The position numbers and the translations under genes are program-made. Positions 51,161 through 64,000 of a stretch of 64,000 bases of DNA are shown one piece after another; positions within the stretch are counted from its first letter, which is position 1; every line of letters starts with the position of its first letter. The DNA comes from Octopus vulgaris (lineage: Eukaryota): positions 221,092,001 to 221,156,000 of the forward strand of contig OX597814.1 of assembly GCA_951406725.2 (NCBI GenBank), read 5' to 3'. Below the pieces are notes generated by a model. That model did no database searches and had not been told where the DNA came from. It saw only the letters and a list, made by a program, of their open reading frames with translations.

Positions 51161-54100
51161 GCATATAAGCAATAAAATAACAATAACAGTTTATAAGAAA
51201 AATATAACAAAATTCCTTAATGAAACGTCATCCATTGATGACGAAAGGAGCCCACGGATCCAGAGTAACCCAGTCGACCAGAAATATCATCTCCTCTCAC
51301 CTTTATACTTTTCAGCCTACAACCTCATACCCATCTTTCGACAAATTTACTGAAGAGCAGTAAATAACCTCTTCACCTTCACTTTCCTTTCCAAGTGAAA
51401 CTTGGATAAAAAGTGATGAAGACTTGACTGAAAATGAAAGTGTCGCTCTTCAGTTCTTTCAGTTACGTCTACCACACAACCTCTTTTACCAAAGCCACCA
51501 AAGGAAACTCTTTGCCCTTCTCGGCCAATAAAAGGGGTGACATTCACGATGGTATCGGCTGATATCTGGATTCATGATAGATGTGGTAGTAGCTGTTCGA
51601 TAGAGCTCCACGTATCAGTAATATGCGAACACTGTTCGAGCGCTTGCAGGTCGGTTTCGTTTCTCTACGCACATGTAGGGCTGACCTAGCTGATGGTACT
51701 GCTATGCAAGTAGACTTTATCTCGAGCTGGCAATTCCAGAGAATCCAAAGGTTATTCCTGGGTGCCGGCACGGGTGTTTTCCAGAAAGCATCAACAAATT
51801 GATTCTCTTCGGCATCCAGACCCTCCTCCGAGAAGTTCATCACTTTTGCTTGCCTATAGAAAGACTAAGTGAAATTTATACCGACCGTTTTGTTCGAGGT
51901 AAAGTCAGTGAGCCCTGACTACACTCTAATTGCCAGGTACGTTTCCTTGAAATATGCTTCATCCAGGACTGCAGCTCTGTTAAAGACACGAATGTATAAA
52001 AGCAATTCTTACAAATAGCCATCACGTCTGCTCACTGTCAAGGAAATGCTGGGGCTGGCGCATGTCCACATTCACACATTCGGTAAATCCAGTCGGTACC
52101 TGTCAGCCAATTGAAAACGTCTGAAGAATTTCACATGGCATTTGCACCACACTCTCTTATCAGATTGTTTCACACAATCTAAACGTGTATGCACGATGGT
52201 GTTTCAGTAGTCCTATAGTTCTTAAGAGAACATCCTTGAAGAAATTCGGCTGTCTCGTTCCTGTCGGATCATAATCATCTATCAGCCTGATGGCATCTAC
52301 TTCGCTACTGTTCACTACCAACTTACCTTCTGGCACCAAGAAGACGATCGAAACAACACAGCAACTCCGCCTCCGAGATGGAGATAAGTGGATCACGGAT
52401 CCACCAAAAATGAACACGAAGGCTAGTGAATCGGAAACTCCGGTCTCCCTGCCGCTCATTACATCTATATCTCGAAACTTGAGGTCGATGAGCAAGTGGC
52501 TCTACTTCTAAGGTAACTCATCCATTTACATTGCCTATTCTGAGTAAAGCTATGCTGAACAAAAGGAGAAAGATATGACAGGATCACTAACTTATTCTTA
52601 TGGAGGGATACGTGTTTCGTATCTCTGACTGGCTGTGGTTGATTCCACAAACCGTTCTTTGTATAGCCTTTACTTGATATTCCCTACTAAGTATCCTTAC
52701 TCCGTTGGCATATAGGTGTTTTTATGGCGTTGTATATGTTTAGAGTGGTTTGGATGATTTTTATATGCTGGTGTGCTATTTGTTGGTGTGATTAAGTCAT
52801 TCAGAGTGATGTTTCTGTGTTGATGCGTATGTTCCAGTAATTCCATATTGTATGTATTTATGACATACTATTATTTGATGGCTCTTAGCCGTTGTCTTTG
52901 CTTTGATTATTTGATGGGTTTGCTCATGTTTGTGATGACGGATGTTTCTTTTTGTTTTCCGCGGAAGATGATCGCTTCTGTCCAGTTTCCATTTGGACAC
53001 CCATGATAGGAAAACGTTGTAGTGGTACCACTGGTAGACTACTCTTTGAGACGCATGGCTTAGAGGTTAGGGTTTTGGACTGATTATCGTAAAATTGTGG
53101 TACCGATTCCTGGACCGGGTGACGTGCTGTGTTCTTAAGCAAAACACTTCATTTCACGTTCCTGCAGTCCACTCAGTTGACAAAAATGGAAACGAACTGG
53201 CGTCTCGTCAAGGCAGGGAATTTATACTCCATGGAAACCGGAGAAACCAACCCTTTTGAGTTAGCATGACTCGAGAAGGTATTCTTGACTTTTTTTTTAC
53301 TCCTCGACTTGATGCTCATCGGATCCTGACAAACAGAACAACAGTAATACTTAGGCCATTGCAGCTGCAATTGATGGCGCTAAGAAAATGCAGTTTTTGA
53401 GGTCTACTGCCGTTGTTCTTGCTGCTGTTACCGCTACTGCTTTCTACCCTGATTTTTTCTTCTGCCGCACTTCTAGCTCAACTAGAAAGAAAGTTGCCAA
53501 GTGGACTTTACCGCAACAGATATAAGCGGACTTTCCATCACCGGTGGAATTGCTTGAGTCTCTTTGTGACTGTTGGCTATCAACAAAATCGCATGTCCAT
53601 TAAATTAGGGGACCATAGTGTGGATGACAACGTTAGAGGACCATAGTGTCGATGACAACGTCTACACAAATCTTCCTGGCTGTGTATTTAGTCTCCCCAT
53701 AAGTTGCAGTACCAAACTGAGAACAGGTGTACAGTATCAACTCTGCTTGTGTCCTCTTTGCGTCTTCGTTCACAAAAACCAGATACATGCTTTTATAAAC
53801 CTTCGCCAGTACATGCAAACGACATGTCACACAACAGCCTGGGTTCTTTTCCCACATCTATTTGATAGTCTACGATAGCTCTCTCCGTTGTTTAGAATGA
53901 AAAAATATGGGTAAATGGAAACGGCATGTCAAACATCAGCCTCTGTTTTCTTTTCTACATCTATTTGACATCGTACGATATTTCTCTGAGTTGTTTGGAA
54001 TGAAAAAAATATGAGTAAGTTACTCTTCTCTTTTCTCTTTCCCCAGACTATTCTGTAGAAAATGATAAACTTCCTTGCAACATACTCCTCCCATTTCTTT

Positions 54101-54330
54101 TCTGGAATCCACCTTATTTCACTCATTAGTAATAAGTGCTAGCAAAACTGCTTGCTGTAGCTTTTACTGTTAACGTTATTTACAATGTCGTTATTTTTTC
54201 ATTTGTTCAAGTATAATTATATTCTGTCTATACCTCTACAGTTGTATTAATTTTTGCTATTTTTCTGATTTTTATTTGAAAAACTCCATGGTATTGTTTT
54301 CCAAAAATGTTTTCTATTGGGAGCGTAATC
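51036..54330 (-). mobile_element. Second Tx1-like LINE, heavily deleted
   Basis: APE remnant RETGVSDSLAFVFIFG..FLVPEGKLVV (52160-52495) parallels 41339-41629; the C-terminal region 51350-52070 parallels 38520-39240; 3' AATAAAGAAA. Confidence 0.75.
53048..53290 (+). mobile_element. tRNA-derived SINE (group C-related), diverged
   Basis: GAGACGCATGGCTTAGAGGTTAGGG...CGATTCCTGGACCGGG...TTCATTTCACGTT. Confidence 0.75.
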
Positions 54331-55496
54331 ACTGTTACGAGTCATATGTTGCTTGTCCCACTTCCTGCTGCTGTAAAATAAGCTATATTATATCAGAAGT
54401 AAATATCAGTTTTACTCAAAAGAAATGAAATAAAGAAATAACGTCTGTATAAGAAAAGAACGTTCCGCCACTCCAGGCAAAGGAAAAGCCGTCCAAACTT
54501 TCCAAACTCCTTTGTTTAGAAAATTAACAAAAAACATAGACCTAAAAAAACAGAAACATACATTAAATTATCGTAGTAAATTCCAACTTTTTGTAGAGCT
54601 TTCTCGGAGACATTTCAAATACACCAACAACAATAAGAACAACAACAGCATCAGTATCAGCAGCAACAGCAACAACAACAATAATAACAGCAACGATAAT
54701 ATCTCTGAGTTTCGAGTGTGTTAGTATGTACATTGATCATAATTCAAATTGCTCTGTCTTTATACACATGAATACATTTGTATACAGGCTGCGTACGATC
54801 GTAAGCAATTGCATACATAGATACGAGATTACAAAATGCACACGCGCACATAGATATATGTGTGTATGTGCGTGTGTGTTTTAGACATTGAAACAGAAAC
54901 AACATATTCTACATCTATTCATTAGTGATGCTTTATTTCAATTATCTGCTGTTTGTTAATTTATGAGACCTAGTTCTATATTCTATACACGCGGCGCATC
55001 GTGTCAATAATTAACCACACTGAAATGAGATTGGTTCTTTCCATCAAATTTTCCGTAGAAATTTTTTTTTCTTTAATCTCATTCATTGGCTGATGGTATT
55101 GTTATTGCTACTGTTGTTGTTATTGTTGATGTTTTCTGCTTCTGTCTATCTTTGAAGGTATTGTCGAGAGAATGAAGTCTATGGAATTGTATCAAGCAAG
55201 CAATTGCTTTGCAGAATGCACAGAAGGGAAATTTCATGGTGTCTGCTCCAAGGGGAACATTTGAAATCAAGTCGGCAAGCTAATACAGCACTCGTTAATT
55301 AAATCCTACTTCCACTCCTGACAGGGGTTAGCTATTCTAAAACATAACCCTTACATAGAACTAGATGACTTGGGGAATACACAGTGAAAAAAAGTTCAGC
55401 GCCCCTAACAAGTTGTGAAACTCCTATTTCTTCATTTACATACAGTTTCAGTTATCAGCGAGGCTAACTGCAGCCCTCGTTTAATTATAGGATTAA

Positions 55497-55842
55497 TGGA
55501 AGCGCAATGGCCCAGTGGTTAGGGCAGCGGACTCGCGGTCATAGGATCGCGGTTTCGATTCCCAGACCGGGCGTTGTTAGTGTTTATTGAGCGAAAACAC
55601 CTAAAGCTCCACGAGGCTCCGACAGCTTTCTCTCACTCTTACTTCATGTTTCTCTTGTACCTGTATTTCAAAGGGCCGGCCTTGTCACTCTCTGTGTCAT
55701 GCTGAATATCCCCGAGAACTACGCTAAGGGTACACGTGTCTGTGGAGTGCTCAGCCACTAACACGTTAATTTCACGAGCAGGCTGTTCCGTTGATTCGGA
55801 TCAACCGGAACCCTCGTCGTCGGAACCGACGGAGTGCTTTCA
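55497..55842 (+). mobile_element. SINE group C with 10-bp TSD
   Basis: Head TGGAAGCGCAATGGCCCAGTGGTTAGGG; TSD ATAGGATTAA at 55487-55496 and 55843-55852. Confidence 0.9.
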
Positions 55843-57195
55843 ATAGGATTAACGGTTATTATGTTCTCCCACAGACATACGTATTTCCCTGTCTACTAGA
55901 GATTAAGCAAACAGTAAAAACAAACCGATAGCACGCTTAATCTATTACTAGTTACTTTACCCATGGGTGAAAGTGATCTTAACTTTGTAAAACCATCGAA
56001 TCACACGACAATTTATCAAGGCTGTCTCTAGCTACAGTGGTTAATCATAAAATAGTATAAAGGTCAGTAACATAATATAAACTGCCAGCCCCTAGCGTAT
56101 TGTCAAGTACTCTACAATACGATTCTCCGCATTCTGGCTAGGATTTGTAATAAATAAATTATAAATATCAAAAGCAAAGAAGCTGGCGATTCTATGTTCT
56201 CTCCCACTAATGGTTATAGACAAATTTGATTATTAGATAGGAATATTAATACAAATATATTTGAGGTGCAATGTGCCATGCATGGCACATACACCCTCAT
56301 GTATACACACACACAAACGCACACAAACGCACACACACTCACACACACACACGTATGTATGTATGTGTGTTTGTGTGTATGCAAGTGTATACAAATACAA
56401 ACCCCCAAACACATATAAAATTGTTATGTAACGTATTATATGAAATAATATATATCATGCATATAACATTATGTATATCTGACAAGATGCGTGCGCGTAC
56501 ATTCGCGCACACGCAGACGCTCGCACAAACGATTTTCTTGCTACTTTCACTGAAATAAAATAATCAGGCAGAATTATTCGAGATTATTTAGACCGTAATA
56601 ATAATTTCATGTGACCGTTGTATTGTAAGCATAGGAAGACATTCGTCCTTTTTAGCATTGGAGTCATTGATTATTACAATAAAATGTTTATCTAGGATAT
56701 ATTTTTATGTGTTGACTTCACAAGAAAATAGCACATAAATATATACGGGATGGATCATTGAATAAAACTGTTAACAGAAACACGAAGAAACATGCCTGGA
56801 CTTGAAGCAATATAAAATTAACGAGGATGGTCTTTATCATGCAGAACTAATCACTCACGTATACTAAATTTCAAGTTTTCAGCATTAAATTTTACACTTT
56901 CAGAGGAAGAAATTTCTTCTGTAGGCATTAAAAATATCGTTGGTACAATCGAGTTATATATCCTTTCACATATACTGCTTGATAAAAACTACAGCTGTTC
57001 AGTAAATGATATCTTAAATTTAGTCACACGTGTTAATAAACGCAGGTAGAAACATATGACGGTAATGTAAATAGATATGTTGATTTTAGTTGTCAGGATA
57101 GCTGAGCACCTTAAGGTGCTGCGTTCAGATCACGGTCGAATTTTCCCGGTATGTGTTCGAATTCCACTCTTGGTAATACAGTGATAATATTTTTA

Positions 57196-57275
57196 TAGGT
57201 ACAGGGGTAGATATACAAGTAGTTTGCTTCTAAACCATATTGTTCCCAGTTCAGTCGAGAGAAACTGGAAGTGAG

Positions 57276-57337
<62 letters not shown>

Positions 57338-57358
57338 CTCACTTCCAGTTTCTCTCGA

Positions 57359-57420
<62 letters not shown>

Positions 57421-57722
57421 TACATACTCACTTCCAGTTTCTCTCGACTGAACTGGGAACAATATGGTTTAGAAGCAATCTACTTGTATATCTACCCCTG
57501 TACATATATGAGCGTGTGTTTGTTTGTATTTTCCCCCACAGCACCGCTTGACAACCAGTGTTGGTTTGTTTGTGTCCCGGTAACATAACAGTTCGGCAAA
57601 AAGGGAGTGTCGAATAAGCGGCAGGCTTAAAAACAATGAGTACCGTATTCGATATGTTGCATGAAACCCTTCAAGGTGTTCCTGTATGACCGCAATAGAA
57701 TTCCTGAAGCAAGCAAAAGATA
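57196..57722 (+). mobile_element. Diverged SINE group A containing an inverted duplication around (TA)n
   Basis: 57199-57281 is inverted at 57421-57503 (1 mismatch) and partially at 57333-57362; the SINE 3' half resumes at ~57510. Confidence 0.75.
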
Positions 57723-57737
57723 AACGGCGCCTACGTT

Positions 57738-57770
57738 TCTCTGAAGAAAGGCCACTTCCGAAACGTTAGA
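57738..57770 (+). ncRNA. Very small hammerhead-like motif
   Basis: TCT CTGAAGA AA GG-CCACTT-CC GAAA CG TT AGA; palindromic AACGTT stem III, short stems. Confidence 0.45.
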
Positions 57771-58889
57771 TTATGTCTTATGTCTCACCAACACGAACTA
57801 TATTTATTTTCAATGCTATTTATACCAACATAGAGTGAAGACTACCATGTTTTAGTGATTATCACTATTGTAGACATGCTGCTATTAAGTAACAGGATAT
57901 TTACATTATGACTGAATATTTATAATAAGTATTCTAATCTGTTTAACGGTTCATTCATTGATGTTTTCAACAAAATATATAACGATAATTGATAGTGCTT
58001 TGTTCTGCTGTCTTCATCCCTCAGTGGTACGTCTTGCATTTTTTCTACCTCTGTAACCATTACGTTGTTATAAAAAGAAATTAGTCTGTCTCTTTCAATC
58101 TTTCCAGTAAATAAGCAATGGAAACATCTTCCTGGTTTCTTTCTAAGTAATTCAAAAGCTATTGCGTTTCAAAGAAGCGACTAAATTCCTGAGAAGATGT
58201 TAACCGAAATTTCGCCGAACGCAATTACTCTTCACTTTTTAAGACGTACTTTGCGGATGTTTCACTAAGTGTAGGATTTTGTTCTGCAAATACCAAACAT
58301 TTTACCACAATGTGAAAATATCATACTGTGTGGAGGATACTGAAAATAATTTTACGCTATTTTCTTCCGAAGTGTTTCCTATGGATGTACAATGATGTCG
58401 AGCGCACGAAAGCATACGTAAGTGATAACTGAATTTCTTCACGCCATTATTTAGATCATATACGTATATTTGCTCATTCATTTTAATGTTATCAAATAGA
58501 TACATAGAAGCTGAGTTGAAGATTGTCTTGGTTGAAAGCAAGGGGTGTTGGGTTTGAAATCAGGACAGCTGACTAACGACATTGTCTGCATTAACACCGG
58601 ACACAATGATGAGCTTTATCTCCTAACGTGACTTATGTACAGCTTTGTGAACTTGTCTTCTGAGAGGTAAATGTATTCGGACAACGTAGTACAATATATT
58701 CAAGTCCTGTTTGCATTATATTCATTAAACAATATTCGTTGTTAGTTCAGTGACATTATGAGGTGGGATGAAAAGCATGGAAAAGCATCATACACATGCA
58801 TAATATAAGATAGCCTGTCTTTGTAGAGTGACAGAATTTGTAGTCATTGCAGAAAATACAAGCATTATTTCGTATCCGGTTCTTATGTT

Positions 58890-59085
58890 TTAAGTCGGCG
58901 AACTGGCTAAGTCATTAGAACACCGCGCAAAATGCTTAGCGGCATTTTGTCCTTCCTTACTTTCTGTGCTCAAATGCCTTTCATCCTTTTGGTACCGATA
59001 AATAAGTACCTGTTGAGTACTGAAGTCGATGTAATCGATTAGTCCTTTCCCCATAGATTACTGGCTCTGAGTAAAAAATTTGGAA
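58890..59085 (+). mobile_element. SINE group B, diverged
   Basis: TAAGTCGGCGAACTGGC...AAATGCTTAGCGGCATTT...GTCGATGTAATCGATT. Confidence 0.8.
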
Positions 59086-59619
59086 ACCAATAAAATGAGA
59101 TATTTTTGTCATTTCTTTCTCCAGACCAGTAGGAGTAACGGAACAAAATTTTGTTCGTTAGTGAAATATTCATTAAATTCTATGATACTCCTAGAGCTAA
59201 GTCTAATTGCAGAGTGTACAATATGACAGATATTTAGCAAGGTAGAAGGGTCCGTCTATGACTTAATCGTCATGACCATAAACATTGAAATACCAGTAGC
59301 AGAAAAATGACTCCCCTATCTCTCAACTGATATTCTTGACCGCTTTTTCGACATATCAAATGCACTGAATACAAGCTCTAAACATTTACAGTATCCTACT
59401 ATCACACATTCTATTACGGAATGAGGCCCACATTCTGTAAAATAATTACCAATTGAATATAATGACCATATCAATCAATTACGCACTTCCTACTCCATTA
59501 CAAAAATTTAGACAAACAGCCTACTATAAAAGACAAACAAAAAATCAACAAAATCACTCGACTTTTAATTATGAAAGTGAAACCTAGCTATTAAAAATAT
59601 ATGGCATATCCGTATTACA

Positions 59620-59660
<41 letters not shown>

Positions 59661-60199
59661 CACACATCATTTTTCATTTTTCAGCGCCGAGAAGACAATT
59701 TTTACCCTATAATAAGTCGCCGAGATTTACTATGCACCATAAAAGATGATATTTAAATTTTTCATAAGCTAATTTGCACTCAGGAGATGGGTTATCAATG
59801 CTAAACATTCAGTGTTTCCGTATTGGAAAGTTCAAGGAAAAGATACAGACAATAAGTGAACAATCAGATCTACATAAGTTTAAACCACAAAGCAACTTGG
59901 TAAAAATATGGCAGTGATGAGATCTCGTTTCATTTTTATGTTCAGTTTTTTTTTTCTTTTGCAAAATTTCGGTTGAAAACTGTGTCACGTTTTCCAACTC
60001 GAGGTTTCCTCGATGTGGAAGAACACTGCACTTACTATCTCGCAACAAACAAAAAAAAAAAAGAAAGAAAGAAAAAGAAAATATGGAATGATCAAGCTGG
60101 AACGTCTTTGATCATAACGTTTAATAAACTTGGATTTCTAGATGGATCTATCTGAAACATATTAGAGTGGCCGTCGTTCAAATAAGAGTAGCCTCTCAA

Positions 60200-61205
60200 C
60201 CCAATCCGCTATGGACCAACGGCCGTTCCTTCTAAAAATCTCAAAGTTTATGAAAACAGATGATAACAAACCCCTTTTCACCTTTTGACTCCCTTGTGCC
60301 TCAGTTCTCTTTAGCAGATACTAGCCGTACCCACTTCAACTGCAGGTCTGGTGAATACTGCGTTTTGGTTATAAGTCCCTTCCTCCGGAATATTTAAACC
60401 TACTTGTTACTTCTTCAAAAATACACTCCTAAATAATAGATATAATCTTTCAACTTCTTTAACATTCCAAGACACAACCATACCTCTCAGGTAATCTAGA
60501 AACTCAACTCTAATCTTGCACTGTGACCTTGGTAATATACAGTAACTAAGACGAATTTTACTGATTCTCATTACTGCGATTTCACCAACGTAAAGACATA
60601 GTTTCTTTCTATATCAACGAAACATTCTTCTAATACCGATTCACTAATCAATAGAAACGCATAATTAAACCCCTTAAAGCTGCTACAAATATTAATCTTC
60701 AATTTCTGATAATCTTTAATAATATATCTCGTTACATATAACAGAAAAATAGTAAATTTCCCCCGTCAAGTCCTATCAACACTTCTGTCGTGGTCAGTTG
60801 CTGAACCTATACTAAGCCGAAGTGACGACTCATAATTAAATCAGTACTGATTCATCTGGGTCTGCGTTGCAACAATACACTGAAATATAAGAACCCTCAG
60901 GCTTTGTGGTAAATGTCAGTCCACAAACACGCAACATGAACTTGCAGATGTTCTATTTACTCTGGTTATTACAACAGCCCCTGTTGTTATTAAACAGCTG
61001 GTGTCACACTCCCCATTCAACTTCATTTTACTGTCATCATCCTACTTGTCACGTTTCTCAGTTCCCTGCATCAAACTATTTAGCAGGTCCCTCTTTTCCA
61101 AAATAGCACCCGCCGAAATTCCCCCCAACGCTTACATATTTCCTTCAGATGTTGACTTGCAGAAGTTGAAGATGAATATCAATTTAATTCATCTCACCAG
61201 TCTGA
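60200..61205 (+). mobile_element. Possible heavily decayed LINE
   Basis: The 3' part ..AYIFPSDVDLQKLKMNINLIHLT resembles CR1/L2-group C-termini; the rest is unclear. Confidence 0.4.
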
Positions 61206-61249
61206 TAGAAGACACAAATAGCATAGACATTAAATCACTTTGAAGCCTA

Positions 61250-61670
61250 TATTATTTCTTTATTGCCCACAAGAGGCTAAACATAGAGGGGGCAAACAAA
61301 GACAGACAAAGGGATTAAGTCGATTACATCGACCCCAGTGCGCAACTGGTACTTAATTTATTGACCCCGAAAGGATGAAAGGCAAAGTCGACCTCGGCAG
61401 AATTTGAACTCAGAATGTAGCGGCGGACGAAATACCTATTTCTTTACTACCCACAAGGGGATAAACACAGAGAGGACAAACAAGGACAGACAAACGGATT
61501 AAGTCGATTATAACGACCCCAGTGCGTAACTGGTACTTATTTAATCGACCCCGAAAGGATGAAAGGCAAAGTCGACCTCGGCGGAATTTGAACTCAGAAC
61601 GTAGCGGCAGTCGAAATACCGCTAAGCATTTCGCCCGGTGTGATAACGTTTCTGCCAGCTCACTGCCTTC
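61250..61670 (-). mobile_element. Dimeric SINE group B with 12-bp TSD
   Basis: TSD CTTTGAAGCCTA at 61238-61249 and 61671-61682; same monomer junction (AAAGAAATAGGTATTTCGTC) as the 30990 dimer. Confidence 0.92.
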
Positions 61671-61741
61671 CTTTGAAGCCTACCTTACGGAATGAAAAAC
61701 GATATTCCTGCCAATTGTTAAATCGCAGTAAAATATTGATT

Positions 61742-62186
61742 TAGAATTTTGGCACAAGGCCAGCAATTTCGAGCTAGCGTTAAGCCAATTACATTGACAC
61801 CAGTGTTCAACTGTTACTTATTTTATCGACCTCGAAAGGATGAAAGGCAAAGCCGATCTCGGTGGAGTTTGAACTCTGAACAGGAAGACGAACGAAATGC
61901 TGCTAAGCATTTTCTCCGGTGTGATAACGATTCTGCCAGCTCACTGCCTTAAGTTGCAGTAAAATAATGATTTCAAATTTTGACACAAGGCCAGTAATTT
62001 TGGGAGAGGAGATAAGTCGAATACATTGACCCCAATACTCAACTGGTACTTATTTTATCGACACCGAAAAGATGAAAGGCAAAGTTGCCCTCGATGGAAT
62101 TTGAATTCAGAACGTGAAGACAGAAGAAATGTCATTAAGCATTATCGCCTGGGAGTGCTAACGATTTTGCCAGCTCGCCGGCTTAA
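61742..62186 (-). mobile_element. Two tandem group B SINEs
   Basis: Copies at ~61742-61951 and ~61973-62186 are separated and flanked by a shared ~22-bp repeat. Confidence 0.85.
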
Positions 62187-62239
62187 GTGGCTGTAAAATA
62201 TTGCTAACGATATCGCACAATCGTCATTATCATCAACCC

Positions 62240-62520
62240 CTCGACGTGAATATCTCGAGTCCTAGGACTCACAGGATTAGTTACCCAGTTTCCATGGCGT
62301 TTAAGTGATCCAGATCCTAACAAACATCCCCCACCGCGAACGGGTTGCGGGTTGCCAGTCCATTGCACGGTTACTAATTTACACCTGAGTAGATTGCAAC
62401 AGCATGGAAGGAGGTGTTTTAGTTAAGAACACAACCCAAACACCAGTCAGTGATTCGAAAGCATTGATCTTACGATTATGAGTGAAACACCCTAACCTCT
62501 GGTTCACGCGCCACACACCT
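62240..62520 (-). mobile_element. tRNA-derived SINE (group C-related), diverged
   Basis: Minus-strand head GGCGCGTGAACCAGAGGTTAGGGTG...TTCGAATCAC; TGCAATGGACTGGCAACCCG block. Confidence 0.7.
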
Positions 62521-63228
62521 TTACTTCATCAGTACGCAGATACCAATAAATACCATGGGTATTACTTTACTTCTGTCTCCACAGCTGAATATTACCTCAC
62601 AGAAAGTAAAAATAAGCTGCAAGCCATTGTTAATTCGTAGTTGTATATTCTTAATGACTATATTGTATATGTCTAGTGACTTCTGATTCGATAGTTCGTT
62701 GGTTCGAACATTGACAGCGAAGGTCCGGACTGAAACAGTGACTTCCGTTATCTGGCAGCCATGTCGATGCTTTACAAGAGACGAGTTTTTCATGTTTTGT
62801 GTGTTCATTAAATTTGCTACGTACAATATGGTTGATAGAGTGCAGTGCATAAGATCTAAATCATTTATCAATATTTCTATTCAAGCAGTTTCATTGGGTT
62901 CACATTCAGTCGAAATCAAGGAGTGAGGATCTATTATTTGGCCAAGTGAAATTTTCGATTAAGTTTCGAAAATTCTACACAAAAAGGATAAGTTCAACGG
63001 CTTGTTTCGCATTGAATTCATTAGCTGGATGAAGTCTTATAAATACAGTTTATTTCATTATAAGGAATCCTTGCTATCTTTACGAAAGAATGATAAACCT
63101 TACAAGAATTGATAGCATCAACATTCTTTGAATCTGCATCAGCTCGCAACTGCAGTCTTTCTTCAATGCAGCATTAGATCCATTTGTAGGCATTGTCGTT
63201 CTCTTGCAACATACACACATACACACAC

Positions 63229-63263
<35 letters not shown>

Positions 63264-63568
63264 TACATACATACATACATACATACATACATACATACAT
63301 ACATACATGCGAACGTACGTACGTAAATACAGTTGTAAACACACGTACGTACATGCATGCGTACATACACACATACATGCATACATATACTTCAATTAGA
63401 GACTTGTTCACTTTCTTCTTTGACATGTCTTACTGCTTCAACTTCTTCTGCTCCCCTTATTTCTAACACTGCTTCTTCTTCTCCTTCTCCATTCTTTACC
63501 TCATCACAGTTGTTTAGAATCGGACCACAGCAATTGAAGTTAGAGAAAGATAGAGATAGAGAGAGAGA

Positions 63569-63618
<50 letters not shown>

Positions 63619-63892
63619 AATAGAGAGACAGATAGATAGATAATGAAAGAGAGAGAAAGAGAGGCCGGGGAAGGAGGAAGGAGAGATGGAGACAGAGAAA
63701 AAAAGGAAAGGGTATGTGCGTCTGTGTGTGTGTAAGAAAGTAAATTTAGCATGATTTATCAGTTCAGATTAGCTTCATAATAATAATACAAAAAATGTTG
63801 CACCTTCAGTAGATAGATACTTTACGAAATAATATACTAACATCAATAATGAGATATAGCCACAAGATTTCATAATGAAGTGAACATCTGTG

Positions 63893-64000
<108 letters not shown>

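Noticed and set aside
62521-63200. Possible host exon(s)
   Set aside because: No recognisable domain or convincing splice-bounded frame.

Overview
AT-rich, microsatellite-dense animal DNA, most likely an octopus genome (inferred from SINE families I recall from Octopus; not verified). I see no host protein-coding gene, and most listed ORFs are read-through of (TA)n, (CA)n, (TAA)n or (TATG)n. The window is a mosaic of transposable elements: three tRNA-derived SINE groups (labelled A, B and C here), a decayed Penelope-like element (PLE; RT plus GIY-YIG), two decayed Tx1/L1-type LINEs, three R4/Dong-type LINEs stacked in a (TAA)n tract, RTE fragments, a mariner remnant, three non-autonomous Helitrons and a tRNA-Arg pseudogene. 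The most notable signal is about ten minimal type-I hammerhead-ribozyme (HHR)-like motifs, found by eye, in several unrelated short non-coding elements that mostly sit at (TA)n tracts and carry fold-back inverted ends. The best case is a 357-bp non-coding monomer present in tandem, inverted and circularly permuted form (14899-15717), a candidate retrozyme/circular RNA; a piece of it has been captured by a Helitron. A second, unrecognised covarying RNA-like motif lies next to one HHR remnant (26526-26876). All folds and alignments were done manually and need computational confirmation.
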